Assembly: GCA_035279705.1 (NCBI GenBank) | Contig: DATEHG010000095.1 | Location: 1-63,080, forward strand | Reading direction: 5' to 3' | From: Gemmatimonadales bacterium | GTDB taxonomy: Bacteria > Gemmatimonadota > Gemmatimonadetes > Gemmatimonadales > GWC2-71-9 | Length of the DNA: 63,080 nucleotides | In this document: positions 7,337 through 16,133 of the stretch, in pieces | How positions within the stretch are numbered: the first letter of the stretch is position 1 | Layout of the letters: every line of letters starts with the position of its first letter | Translations under genes and position numbers: made by a program | Notes under the pieces: generated by a model | Seen by the model: only the letters and a program-made list of their open reading frames with translations | What the model was told of the DNA's origin: nothing | Databases searched by the model: none

Positions 7337-9892
7337 TCAGATGCCGAAGCCGGCTCTCACATAGAGCTTGGCGCTGTTCTCGCGGCTGGAGGCGATCGCC
7401 GCCGAGATGACGTTGGCGGGGCCGACGAAGGCGATCCAGATACCGCCGCCGAAGGCACTGTGCCACTGGTCGGAGTGTTCACCGGCGACGAACACCCGGC
7501 CGGCGTCCGCCAGGCCGAAGATCCCGACGTCGGCTGGCAGGATGAGCGTGGCATGGAACAGCGGGATGCGGAGCTCGGTGGATCCATAGGCCGACGCGTC
7601 GCCGGCGTAGCGGTCCTGCTCACCCAGCCGGACGGTGTTCACGCTGCCGATGTAGGCGGCGTCGAAGAAGGGATAATTCCCCCAGACCTGCTTGCCCCCG
7701 ACCCGCAGCGAGAGCGTAGGACTGAGCGGAAATCCCTTCGGGGTGAGATAGGCGGATGCCTCGCCGTGAATCTCGCCGAAGGTTTCCTGCACGTCCCACC
7801 ATGGCGGATAGAATCCGCCACCGAGGTCGAGCAGCCCGCCCGTGGTGGCGGCATTGATCCGGTTCCGCCCGTCGAGCCGGTACTGGGCCCGGATTCCGAT
7901 CTCGCCGAACTTTCCGCTGCCATAGGGATTGATGGTCGCGAGGAAGCGGTCGGAGTGTTCGTCCGTCGAGACGTACTTGAGGATCGGCCCCAGCTGCAGC
8001 GTGCCTCTCCGCGCAATCGGCAGCAGCACCGCGGGGGCAATCCCGTACTGCTGCTGGACCAGGCGATAGTACTCGCTGTTTCCGCCGGCCGACGAGGTCT
8101 CGTTGCCGAGACCGTAGAAGCGCAGCACCTCAATACCGCTCGCCGCGGCTCCCAGGACCCAGCCGATCCGGGAATTCTCGTCGTGCCATTCCCCCCGATA
8201 GTCCACCCGGGCTCTCCACGGGCCCGTGGCAATACCCGCGCGGAACCGGTGCTGGCTCGAGAAGGGGCGCTTGCGGAAGCCGTAGTAGGTGAGGGTCCGC
8301 ACCCCACCGATGAACAGGCCCAGGTCCGGCCCGTAACTGGCCCAGGTCGCCGGCTGCCAGCGATGGCCCCAGTCCCTCGGCGGGAGTTCCGTCGGCTTCT
8401 TTTTCGCCGGGAGGATGTAGGCCCGGCGATCGATTGAGCTGGCGTCGGAACCCTCGGTCTTGCCGGCCGCACCGTCGGCGTCGTAGAAGCGATTCTTGCC
8501 GCTGGAAGAGGAGTCGATCAGCCGGTCCGACCCGGAATCCCCGAGGACGCGCACCGTGATGTCGCCGCCGCTGCCGCGAACCGTGGCGGTATCGTTGCCG
8601 CGGCCGAGAAAGAGCCGGATGTCCTTCGTCTCACCGGGCAGGAAGCGGCGCTGGAAGTACGGCGCGCCCGTCGGCGCCCCGCCCCGCGCGACGGCCACCG
8701 TGACGCTCCCGTCGGGATTGCGATCGACCGTGGCGACGTCGGCCTGGTCCGTGGCGTGAATGTCCACCTGCCCGGAGAGCAGGTGATAGAAGTTGCGGGT
8801 CGCTTCGAGCAATTTGTCCCGCCGGGCCTTGAGCCGGGCCGTGAGCACCGCCCCCTCGACCGCGTAGTGCTCCGGCGGCAGGGCGCGGACTGCATCGTCG
8901 ATGACGCTGTCCGTCATGGCGGCCTGCAGGCTCTTTCCTACCGAGTCGAACACTTCGCTGGTGAGGCCGACCAGGAACCGGCGGTCGAGCTCCCGCCCGT
9001 TCCACATCTGGCCGGCCATGTTCGCGTACTTCGAGTCGTAGTTGACCAGTTGCGGCAGGGTGGGCCGGGCAAAATCGAGCAGGAACCCGTCGAACCGGAC
9101 GAAGGCCTGGTCGCGGTCGAGGGGGATCGGGCGCCAGCGGCGCGGCACCGCGTCGTCATAGCGGGCCCAGCGCCACTGGTCGCGATGCCGGTCCCAGTCG
9201 CCGATGAACATGTCGAAGAGCCGCGCCAGCAGGAACGCCCGGGCATCGACCTGGTCGTCGTCGCTCCGGTCGGCCCGGTCGAACAGGGTGTCGCTGTTGA
9301 TGATCTCGGTGGCTCCGTGCCAGTGGGCCGCGGGCCCGCCGCCGCCCACCCGCTCCTCGAGGATGCCCATGAGCCCGGCAAACACCGGACGGTACTCGCC
9401 CAGGATCGGGCTGTCGGGCATGACGACGATGAGGGAGCTGTTGTGCAGGATGCTGGTGGCGTCCATCAGGCGGGCCACCACCACCGGCGCCAGGGGGTTG
9501 GCGGAGCTGATCTGGTCCTGCACCACCCGGTTGGCGATGGTGCCGCGCAACTCCTCGGGCAGCGTGAGCGAGGGATCCTTGTCGATCGAGCGGAAGAAGT
9601 ACTGGTGCCCGTCCTTCGTGCCGAGCCGGAGGCCCGTGGTTTCCTGGCCGCCGGTGCGGCCCAGCGGGGTGAGCCCGCCGCCGAAGTGCTCGAGATCGAG
9701 GACCTCGACGGTGGCCGGCGTGTACCAGAGCTGGCGGTAATCCTTGCCCAGGAAGAAGCGCTGAATGCCGTCGGCCCTGTAGCGCGGCGCCGGAGCCTGG
9801 ACCACCGTGGCCGGCGGTCTGCCGGTGCTGTCCCCCGGCACCTGGGCCGCGAGCGGCGCACCCACCGCCAGCAGCAGGACCGCTCCCCTCAC
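7337..9892 (-). CDS. Signal-peptide protein: atypical kinase-like domain fused to a C-terminal Omp85 (BamA/TamA-like) beta-barrel
   Basis: Signal peptide MRGAVLLLAVGAPLAA/Q. N-terminal GGQETTGLRL, RSIDKD, GDWDRH and PLDRDQAF motifs. C-terminal amphipathic strands, loop-6-like TVRLGEQDRYAGD and terminal LYVRAGFGI. Confidence 0.75.
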   Translation of the reverse strand: MRGAVLLLAVGAPLAAQVPGDSTGRPPATVVQAPAPRYRADGIQRFFLGKDYRQLWYTPATVEVLDLEHFGGGLTPLGRTGGQETTGLRLGTKDGHQYFFRSIDKDPSLTLPEELRGTIANRVVQDQISSANPLAPVVVARLMDATSILHNSSLIVVMPDSPILGEYRPVFAGLMGILEERVGGGGPAAHWHGATEIINSDTLFDRADRSDDDQVDARAFLLARLFDMFIGDWDRHRDQWRWARYDDAVPRRWRPIPLDRDQAFVRFDGFLLDFARPTLPQLVNYDSKYANMAGQMWNGRELDRRFLVGLTSEVFDSVGKSLQAAMTDSVIDDAVRALPPEHYAVEGAVLTARLKARRDKLLEATRNFYHLLSGQVDIHATDQADVATVDRNPDGSVTVAVARGGAPTGAPYFQRRFLPGETKDIRLFLGRGNDTATVRGSGGDITVRVLGDSGSDRLIDSSSSGKNRFYDADGAAGKTEGSDASSIDRRAYILPAKKKPTELPPRDWGHRWQPATWASYGPDLGLFIGGVRTLTYYGFRKRPFSSQHRFRAGIATGPWRARVDYRGEWHDENSRIGWVLGAAASGIEVLRFYGLGNETSSAGGNSEYYRLVQQQYGIAPAVLLPIARRGTLQLGPILKYVSTDEHSDRFLATINPYGSGKFGEIGIRAQYRLDGRNRINAATTGGLLDLGGGFYPPWWDVQETFGEIHGEASAYLTPKGFPLSPTLSLRVGGKQVWGNYPFFDAAYIGSVNTVRLGEQDRYAGDASAYGSTELRIPLFHATLILPADVGIFGLADAGRVFVAGEHSDQWHSAFGGGIWIAFVGPANVISAAIASSRENSAKLYVRAGFGI

Positions 9893-11295
9893 ACCGCTCC
9901 CGTCTTCTGGGCATATCCCCTGCCGACCAGCAGGGCCAGCCCGACCCAGACCAGGGCCAGCGCCAGGTTGACGCGGGCGAAGCCGGTCGTGCCCAGATGG
10001 AGTGAAGTCGTCCCGAGGTAGACCAGGATCGCGGAGAGCACGTCGCCGAAGCGGACGAAGAAGGAGTCGATGGCCTGCTTGGCCTTGTACTTCTCCTGCC
10101 GGCTGGTCGGCAGGAACAACACGTTCCGCACCGTGTTCTGCAGCGAGTAGTCCGTGGCGTTCTCGGCCGTCTTGACCCAGCGCACCACGACCAGGATCGG
10201 GGCGAACGCCAGGAATGCGTAGCCGCTCAGCGCGAGCAGCGGAAGCACCATCACGGCCACCTGCACCCCGAGGTACTTGAGCAGCCGCGACACCACGAAG
10301 AGCTGCAGCAGCATGCCCAGCAGGTTGACCCCGAAGAAGAAGTTGGAATAGAACTCGCCGATGTACTCCTCCTCGGTCAGGCCGTGCGCGGTACCGTGGG
10401 CGACGGCATCCTGCGCGGCCCGGGCGACGGTCTTGCCCAGGATGTACTCGCCGGTCGTGTTGACCCAGTTGAGCACCAGGATCATGACGGCGATCGCCAA
10501 CAGGTACCGGCTGGCGAAGACCAGGCGGAACGTGCCCCTGCGCCCGGTGGTGCCGGTGAACGAGACGGTGGTCTTGGCGTCGGGACCCTTGCCCTCGACC
10601 TGGTATTCCCCGGTCGCGGCGGGGAGTTTCTCGGTCGTGAACCGCGCCGGTATCCCGCTTTCGCAGCGGGCCCGTTCGCGGCGGTCCACCCGGGCGCCCA
10701 GCCAGTTGGCCATCACCAGCATGGCAGCGGCCACGAGCAGGAGCTGGGGCACGCCGATCAGGGGAATCAGCCTGCCGGTGAACGCGCTGCCGACCACGGC
10801 CCCGCAGGACGCGCCAAAACCGACGATCGGGAAGAGGCGCTCGCCCTGTTCCTTGGTGTAGAGATCGTTGGCGAAGGACCAGAACTGGGCCACGATCATC
10901 AGGTTGAAGATGCCGACCCAGAGAAAGAACACCACACCGATGTTGGCATGGGCATGACTGAGCACGTAGAACGCGACGAGACAGGCGGTGAAGAAGCCGG
11001 TGACAACGTTGAGCAGCCGCCGGCGGGGGAGGCGGTCCGCGAGGGCTCCATAGACGGGGACGAGCAGGAGCAGCAGCATCGCCTGCCCCGCGGCCGCGTA
11101 CGATTTCACCTCGGCGCCGCCGCCGGCCAGGATCAGCGCCTCGCGCACCGGCTTGATCACATAGTAGGCGGCGAGAAGCAGGAAGACGTTGAAGCTGAGC
11201 AGGATCGCGGACATCCCCTCCTGCTCATGCACCTCGGTGAAGATGCTGAGCAGTCGGTCGAGCAGCGGCCGATCCCGCTCCGCGGCCGCCGTCAT
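9889..11295 (-). CDS. NTT/TLC (ATP/ADP translocase-like) MFS transporter homologue
   Basis: YYVIKPVREALIL, AQFWSFANDLYTKEQGERLFP and DYSLQNTVRNVLFLPTSRQEKYKAKQAID motifs match the TLC/NTT family. About 12 TM segments. Confidence 0.85.
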   Translation of the reverse strand: MTAAAERDRPLLDRLLSIFTEVHEQEGMSAILLSFNVFLLLAAYYVIKPVREALILAGGGAEVKSYAAAGQAMLLLLLVPVYGALADRLPRRRLLNVVTGFFTACLVAFYVLSHAHANIGVVFFLWVGIFNLMIVAQFWSFANDLYTKEQGERLFPIVGFGASCGAVVGSAFTGRLIPLIGVPQLLLVAAAMLVMANWLGARVDRRERARCESGIPARFTTEKLPAATGEYQVEGKGPDAKTTVSFTGTTGRRGTFRLVFASRYLLAIAVMILVLNWVNTTGEYILGKTVARAAQDAVAHGTAHGLTEEEYIGEFYSNFFFGVNLLGMLLQLFVVSRLLKYLGVQVAVMVLPLLALSGYAFLAFAPILVVVRWVKTAENATDYSLQNTVRNVLFLPTSRQEKYKAKQAIDSFFVRFGDVLSAILVYLGTTSLHLGTTGFARVNLALALVWVGLALLVGRGYAQKTGAV

Positions 11296-12704
11296 TCCGG
11301 GCTGGCTGTCACGAACCGGAGCTGGCCGCGGCGTCCGACCTGGAGAATGGCCGGGGCGTCGGCCGCGACCTGGCCCAGGGCTGTCCTCAGGTCCGCCAGG
11401 GTCCGGGTGGGAATGCCGTTGACGGAGTAGATCACATCACCCGGCCGGAGCCCGGCGGGGCGGGTCGCGTCACTCGACGCCGCCGCGACCACCACCCCCC
11501 ACGCCTCGCGGGCGCCGGGAATGGCGCGGGCCAGTTCCGGGGTCACATCGAGGCCCAGGATGCCGAGCGCCGGAACCAGGTTCTTTTCCGGGGTGACGAG
11601 ACTGCGGAACTCCTCGCCATCGTCCTTGCGCTCCACCACGGCAACCTTGGCCGTGAAGCGCTGCGGACCCCGCACCACGTCCAGGTTCACGGTCTCGCCG
11701 ACCTTGCGGCGGTACAGGGTCACATCCATCTGGCGGCCGTTTTCCATCGGCTTGCCGTCCACGGCCATGATCATGTCTCCCGGCTGCAGCGCCGACTTGC
11801 CGGCGGGGCCGGCGGGGTCGACATCCGCCAGCACCACGCCCCATTCGCGGGGCAGGTGAAGTCCGGCCGCGAGCTCGGGAGTCACGGTCTGGGCGAAGAC
11901 TCCGATCGACCCGCGGCGCACCCGGCCGCTGGCCCTGATCTGGTCGGTCACGAACCGGGCGATGTTCGACGGCGCCGCGAAACCGAGGCCCTCATTGCCT
12001 CCCGACTGGCTCAGGATGAGGGTGTTGATGCCGACGACGGCGCCATCCTCGTTGACCAGGGGACCGCCGCTGTTGCCGGGATTGATCGGGGTATCGGTCT
12101 GGATATAGACCATCCGGTCTTCTTCGCGGAGCTGGCGTCCCAGCGCGCTCACGACGCCCATGCTGACGCTGCCGGCGAGGCCCAGCGGGCTGCCGAAGGC
12201 CATGACGATCTGCCCCGGTGCCAGCGAATCGGAGTCGGCGAATTTCGAAAACGGCAGGCCGGCGAGATCGATCTTGAGGACCGCGAGATCCGTCTCCTCG
12301 TCGGTGCCCACCAGCGTCGCCGAGACCTCCTGCGACACCGGCGCCACCGCGGAGCGCCCGGGCACACTGGCCACGGCCGCGCGGGGCAGGATGACCTTGA
12401 AGCGGCGGCCCCCCTCGACGACATGGTTGTTGGTCACGATGTAGCCGTCGGCGCTCAGAATGACCCCGGAGCCGGTGCTGCGCTGGGTGCCGATCAGCGA
12501 GGCGGCGGTGCCATTGCCGCCGGACACCGGGCCATACGAGACGACCCGGATCTGCACCACCGTGGGTTCCACCTTGTCGACGACCCGCTGGAGCGCCCGG
12601 CTCAGGTTCTTCAGCTCTCCCGCCGCCGGCTGTGCCTGCGCCAGGACGCTGCCGGGGAGCAGCGCCGCGACCGCCACGAGGGCGGCACCAAGAGTACGCC
12701 TCAC
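11292..12704 (-). CDS. HtrA/DegQ-family trypsin-like serine protease with two PDZ domains
   Basis: TNNHVV (His), DLAVLK (Asp), QTDTPINPGNSGGPL (Ser) and PDZ-like C-terminus. GTG start at 12704 gives a signal peptide (MRRTLGAALVAVAALLPGSVLAQ) and overlaps the upstream stop. Confidence 0.92.
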   Translation of the reverse strand: MRRTLGAALVAVAALLPGSVLAQAQPAAGELKNLSRALQRVVDKVEPTVVQIRVVSYGPVSGGNGTAASLIGTQRSTGSGVILSADGYIVTNNHVVEGGRRFKVILPRAAVASVPGRSAVAPVSQEVSATLVGTDEETDLAVLKIDLAGLPFSKFADSDSLAPGQIVMAFGSPLGLAGSVSMGVVSALGRQLREEDRMVYIQTDTPINPGNSGGPLVNEDGAVVGINTLILSQSGGNEGLGFAAPSNIARFVTDQIRASGRVRRGSIGVFAQTVTPELAAGLHLPREWGVVLADVDPAGPAGKSALQPGDMIMAVDGKPMENGRQMDVTLYRRKVGETVNLDVVRGPQRFTAKVAVVERKDDGEEFRSLVTPEKNLVPALGILGLDVTPELARAIPGAREAWGVVVAAASSDATRPAGLRPGDVIYSVNGIPTRTLADLRTALGQVAADAPAILQVGRRGQLRFVTASPE

Positions 12705-14404
12705 GTGTTGGCCGCCAGTTCCGAGTCGGCAGACTCCGGCTCGGGCGTCCACCCTTCCTCCATCGTGCGGCTCAGCAGCAGATCGCAGCGGGTCGGTGCG
12801 CCGCGGGCCGACTCGGGATGGTGCCGGTGCCACCACCGCTGGGCCTTCTCTTCGTTCCAGGGCTCGCCCGACAGGACGGTCGACAGGCGGTGCCCCAGCT
12901 CGGCCGCGGTGGGGGGCCGCTCGTCCGCCCGCTTGGCGAGGCAGGCCAGCACCAGGGCGTCGAGGGCAGGAGGGATCTCGAGTTCGATCCGTTGCGACGG
13001 GGGGACCGGAGGAGTCTGCGAGTGAGCGATCATGAGTTGGATGGCGTTAGGGGCTTCGAAGACCAGCTGCCCGGTCAGCAGCCAGTAGGCGACACAACCG
13101 AGGGCGTAGATGTCGACCCGGTGATCGATGGGGCCATCGCCCCGCACCATCTCGGGAGCGATGTAGGCCGGAGTGCCGGCCGTGGCGTCGGGGGCGGTGA
13201 GCGTGAAGTCCCGGCGCTCGAGCTCGCCCCTGCCCTTGACCAGGCCGAAGTCGAGCACCTTCACGAAATCGGTCTGCAGTCCCAGCCGGCAGGTAAAGAT
13301 GTTGGACGGCTTGATGTCCCGGTGAATCAGCCCGCGCTGGTGGGCTTCCTCCAGCGAGTGGCAGACCTGCCGCAGCAGGTAGACGACCCGCTCGGGCGGC
13401 AGCGGCCCGAACCGCTCGACCAGCGATTGCAGATCGAGCCCGTCGAGCAACTCCATGACGAGAAAAAAGGTGCCGTCGTCCGCCACCCCGAAGTCGTACA
13501 GCCCGATGGTGTGCGGTGAACGGAGCGAAGCCGCCGCCTCCGCCTCGCGGCGGAACCGCTCCACGATGACCCTGGCCCCGTCGGTCGAGGAGTTTCCCAG
13601 CACCTCGGCCCGGATCACCTTGACCGCCGCCGGACGGGCCAGCATCTGGTGGGTGCCGCGATAGACCTCGCCCATCCCGCCCTTTCCCAGCACTTCCTCG
13701 AGACGGTAGCTGCCCAGTTCACGGGCCCGCCGTACCTGGTGGCTGAGCGCCCGGATGATCTTCGCCGGGACCACGGCCACGAACGCGGCGATGTACGTCG
13801 GCACGAAGTCGAAGATGTAGTAGAACGCGGAGTGATCGAACGCGACCCCGCGCAGGTGCGTGATGAACAGGGCGAGCGGGTCCATGGTGGCCGCGATCAG
13901 CGACAGGGCCAGCGTGCGCTCGGGGCCGGCCGGTACGATGGCCGGATACGCCACGATGATGAGGCAGAGCCAGGAGACCCGGGGCGCGAGCGGCGGGGGC
14001 ACCCACTGCGAAACGATCGCCACCATGAAGCAGATGATGAGCATGAACCCGGCGCTCAGGTCCAGCAGCAGTTCCGGGCGGTGGCGAAGCCGCCTGGCCA
14101 GGACGGCAAGGGTCAGCGACAGGACCAGTCCCGTGATCGAAATGGGAAGCCCGGGATACGGCCAGAGGCCGTCGATGATCCCCATCTGCCCGAGCAGCGG
14201 GGCCACGATCCCGTTGGCCAGCAGCGCAAAGCTCCACAGCGCCGAGAACACCAGCGACACGGCAAAGACCCGCCGGCAGGTCTGCAGCAGGACGTCCGGA
14301 GGCAGGCTCGCGCCCGAGTCCCGGGAAGGCTGGGAAGCCTCGACCGGGGTCGGGGGCCTGCGGCGCAGGCGGCGGCGGTGGGTTTGCTCGGTGGCTTCGG
14401 CCAT
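12701..14404 (-). CDS. Membrane Ser/Thr kinase with N-terminal multi-TM domain (paralogue 1)
   Basis: LGKGGMGEVY, AAVK, HRDIKPSN, DFG and GTPAYIAPE motifs after about 5-6 TM helices. Confidence 0.92.
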   Translation of the reverse strand: MAEATEQTHRRRLRRRPPTPVEASQPSRDSGASLPPDVLLQTCRRVFAVSLVFSALWSFALLANGIVAPLLGQMGIIDGLWPYPGLPISITGLVLSLTLAVLARRLRHRPELLLDLSAGFMLIICFMVAIVSQWVPPPLAPRVSWLCLIIVAYPAIVPAGPERTLALSLIAATMDPLALFITHLRGVAFDHSAFYYIFDFVPTYIAAFVAVVPAKIIRALSHQVRRARELGSYRLEEVLGKGGMGEVYRGTHQMLARPAAVKVIRAEVLGNSSTDGARVIVERFRREAEAAASLRSPHTIGLYDFGVADDGTFFLVMELLDGLDLQSLVERFGPLPPERVVYLLRQVCHSLEEAHQRGLIHRDIKPSNIFTCRLGLQTDFVKVLDFGLVKGRGELERRDFTLTAPDATAGTPAYIAPEMVRGDGPIDHRVDIYALGCVAYWLLTGQLVFEAPNAIQLMIAHSQTPPVPPSQRIELEIPPALDALVLACLAKRADERPPTAAELGHRLSTVLSGEPWNEEKAQRWWHRHHPESARGAPTRCDLLLSRTMEEGWTPEPESADSELAANT

Positions 14405-14510
14405 GAGAGTTCGGGCGGCTGACTCTAGTCTAATAGAAGAATGGTCGAGCGACGACTCGGGGACGGCAACTCCCGGCCACCGGTTTCATGCAGCGATGGT
14501 GGGCAGGCAC

Positions 14511-16100
14511 TCACCCCTCGCCGGGACGATTCACCCGCCACCACTGGGCCGCCTGCTCCTGGGTCCAGCCGCTGCTGTCCATCACCTCGAGAGCGCGGGC
14601 CAGCTCGGTGGCGCTCGCCGGCCGCTCCGCCGGCGCCTTGGCCAGCAGCCGGAGCACCAGCGCCTCGAGTGTCGGCGGAATCGGGAGTTCCACCCGCTGG
14701 GAGGGGGGAACCGGGTTGTCGTGCAGGTGCTTGGCGATGATCTGAATGCCGCTGCCGCCATCGAAGACGAGCTGGCCGGTGAGGAGGAAGTAGGCCACGC
14801 AGCCCACGGCGTAGAGATCCGTCCGGCCATCCACTTCCTGCCCCATGGCCAGCTCGGGGGCCATATAGGCGGGGGTGCCCGGGGTGAGGCCGGTCGCGGT
14901 GGCCAGCGAGTTCTCTGGCGCCTTCTGATTGAGCGATTTGACCAGCCCGAAGTCCAGCACCTTCACGAAGTCATACCGCACGCCCAGCCGGCCCAGGTGG
15001 ATGTTGGCCGGCTTCACATCCCGGTGCACGAGTCCGGCGGCATGCGCCTCCTCCAGCGAGTCGCACACCTGCATCAGGATCTGGATGACCCTCGCGGCGG
15101 GGAGCGGCCCCTTCTGGCGCACGAGCGTTTCCAGGTCCATCCCGTCGAGCAGCTCCATGACCAGGTAGAAGGTGTCGCCCCCGGTGACGCCGAAGTCATA
15201 CAGCTGGACCGTGTGCGGCGAGCGGAGGCTGGCCGCCACCTCCGCCTCGCGGCGGAATCGCTTGACGGCCAGCAGGGCCCCCGAGCCCCCCGCGTTCTTC
15301 ATGACCTCGGGACGGATGAGCTTGATGGCCGCCGGCCGCGCCAGCATCAGGTGGGAGGCGCGGTAGACCTCACCCATCCCACCCTTGCCCAGCAGCTCGC
15401 CCAGCCGGTAGCTGCCCAGCTCGCGGGCCTTGGCCACCTGCTCGCCCAGCTGGGTCATCACGTGCGAGATCACCACGGCCACGCAGGCGATGAGGTAGTC
15501 CGGGTAGTGCATCACCAGGATGTTGCTGAGCGGCCCGAAGTCCCAGCGCCCGAACTGCCGTTCCAGCAGCATGCCGACGGGGCTCATCGAGGCGGCGAGC
15601 AGGGAGGCCACGAGGGTCTTGCCCGGCGTGCTGGGAATGATCGCCGCGAAAATCAGGATGACGGGCCCGATCCAGGTGATGGTCGGCACCACCGCCGTCA
15701 CCCCGGGGATGAACACGAAATGCCAGCTCAGCCCCATCGCGAGTCCCGAGAACACCATGTAACAGAGGCCGAGGTCCAGCACGAAACGGGGATTGCGGTC
15801 GGGGCGGCGCGCGTAGGTGAACAGCGCAAGCGAGACCACGACAACGACCACCGCGATCCAGTCCGGAATGTCGAAGGCCAGGTACTTCGGGTCATGCCGG
15901 CTCAGGGACCAGAGGGCCACATGGTAGGCTACGGTCCCGACGAACCAGAGCACCGCCCCCATGGCCGAGATGATCGCCAGCCGCTTCGAAGCCTCCCGGA
16001 GGATGTCCTCCGGAATGGCCCGGCGCCCGACCCGCCGGGTGGCACCCGCCGGCGTCGAGCTGCCGACAGGCGGACCGATCATCTGGGGATTGTCCATCAT
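14511..16100 (-). CDS. Membrane Ser/Thr kinase with N-terminal multi-TM domain (paralogue 2)
   Basis: LGKGGMGEVY, AAIK, HRDVKPAN, DFG and GTPAYMAPE motifs. Confidence 0.92.
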   Translation of the reverse strand: MMDNPQMIGPPVGSSTPAGATRRVGRRAIPEDILREASKRLAIISAMGAVLWFVGTVAYHVALWSLSRHDPKYLAFDIPDWIAVVVVVVSLALFTYARRPDRNPRFVLDLGLCYMVFSGLAMGLSWHFVFIPGVTAVVPTITWIGPVILIFAAIIPSTPGKTLVASLLAASMSPVGMLLERQFGRWDFGPLSNILVMHYPDYLIACVAVVISHVMTQLGEQVAKARELGSYRLGELLGKGGMGEVYRASHLMLARPAAIKLIRPEVMKNAGGSGALLAVKRFRREAEVAASLRSPHTVQLYDFGVTGGDTFYLVMELLDGMDLETLVRQKGPLPAARVIQILMQVCDSLEEAHAAGLVHRDVKPANIHLGRLGVRYDFVKVLDFGLVKSLNQKAPENSLATATGLTPGTPAYMAPELAMGQEVDGRTDLYAVGCVAYFLLTGQLVFDGGSGIQIIAKHLHDNPVPPSQRVELPIPPTLEALVLRLLAKAPAERPASATELARALEVMDSSGWTQEQAAQWWRVNRPGEG

Positions 16101-16133
16101 TTCAAGGTCCGCTTCACGGAACGACTGTCAACG

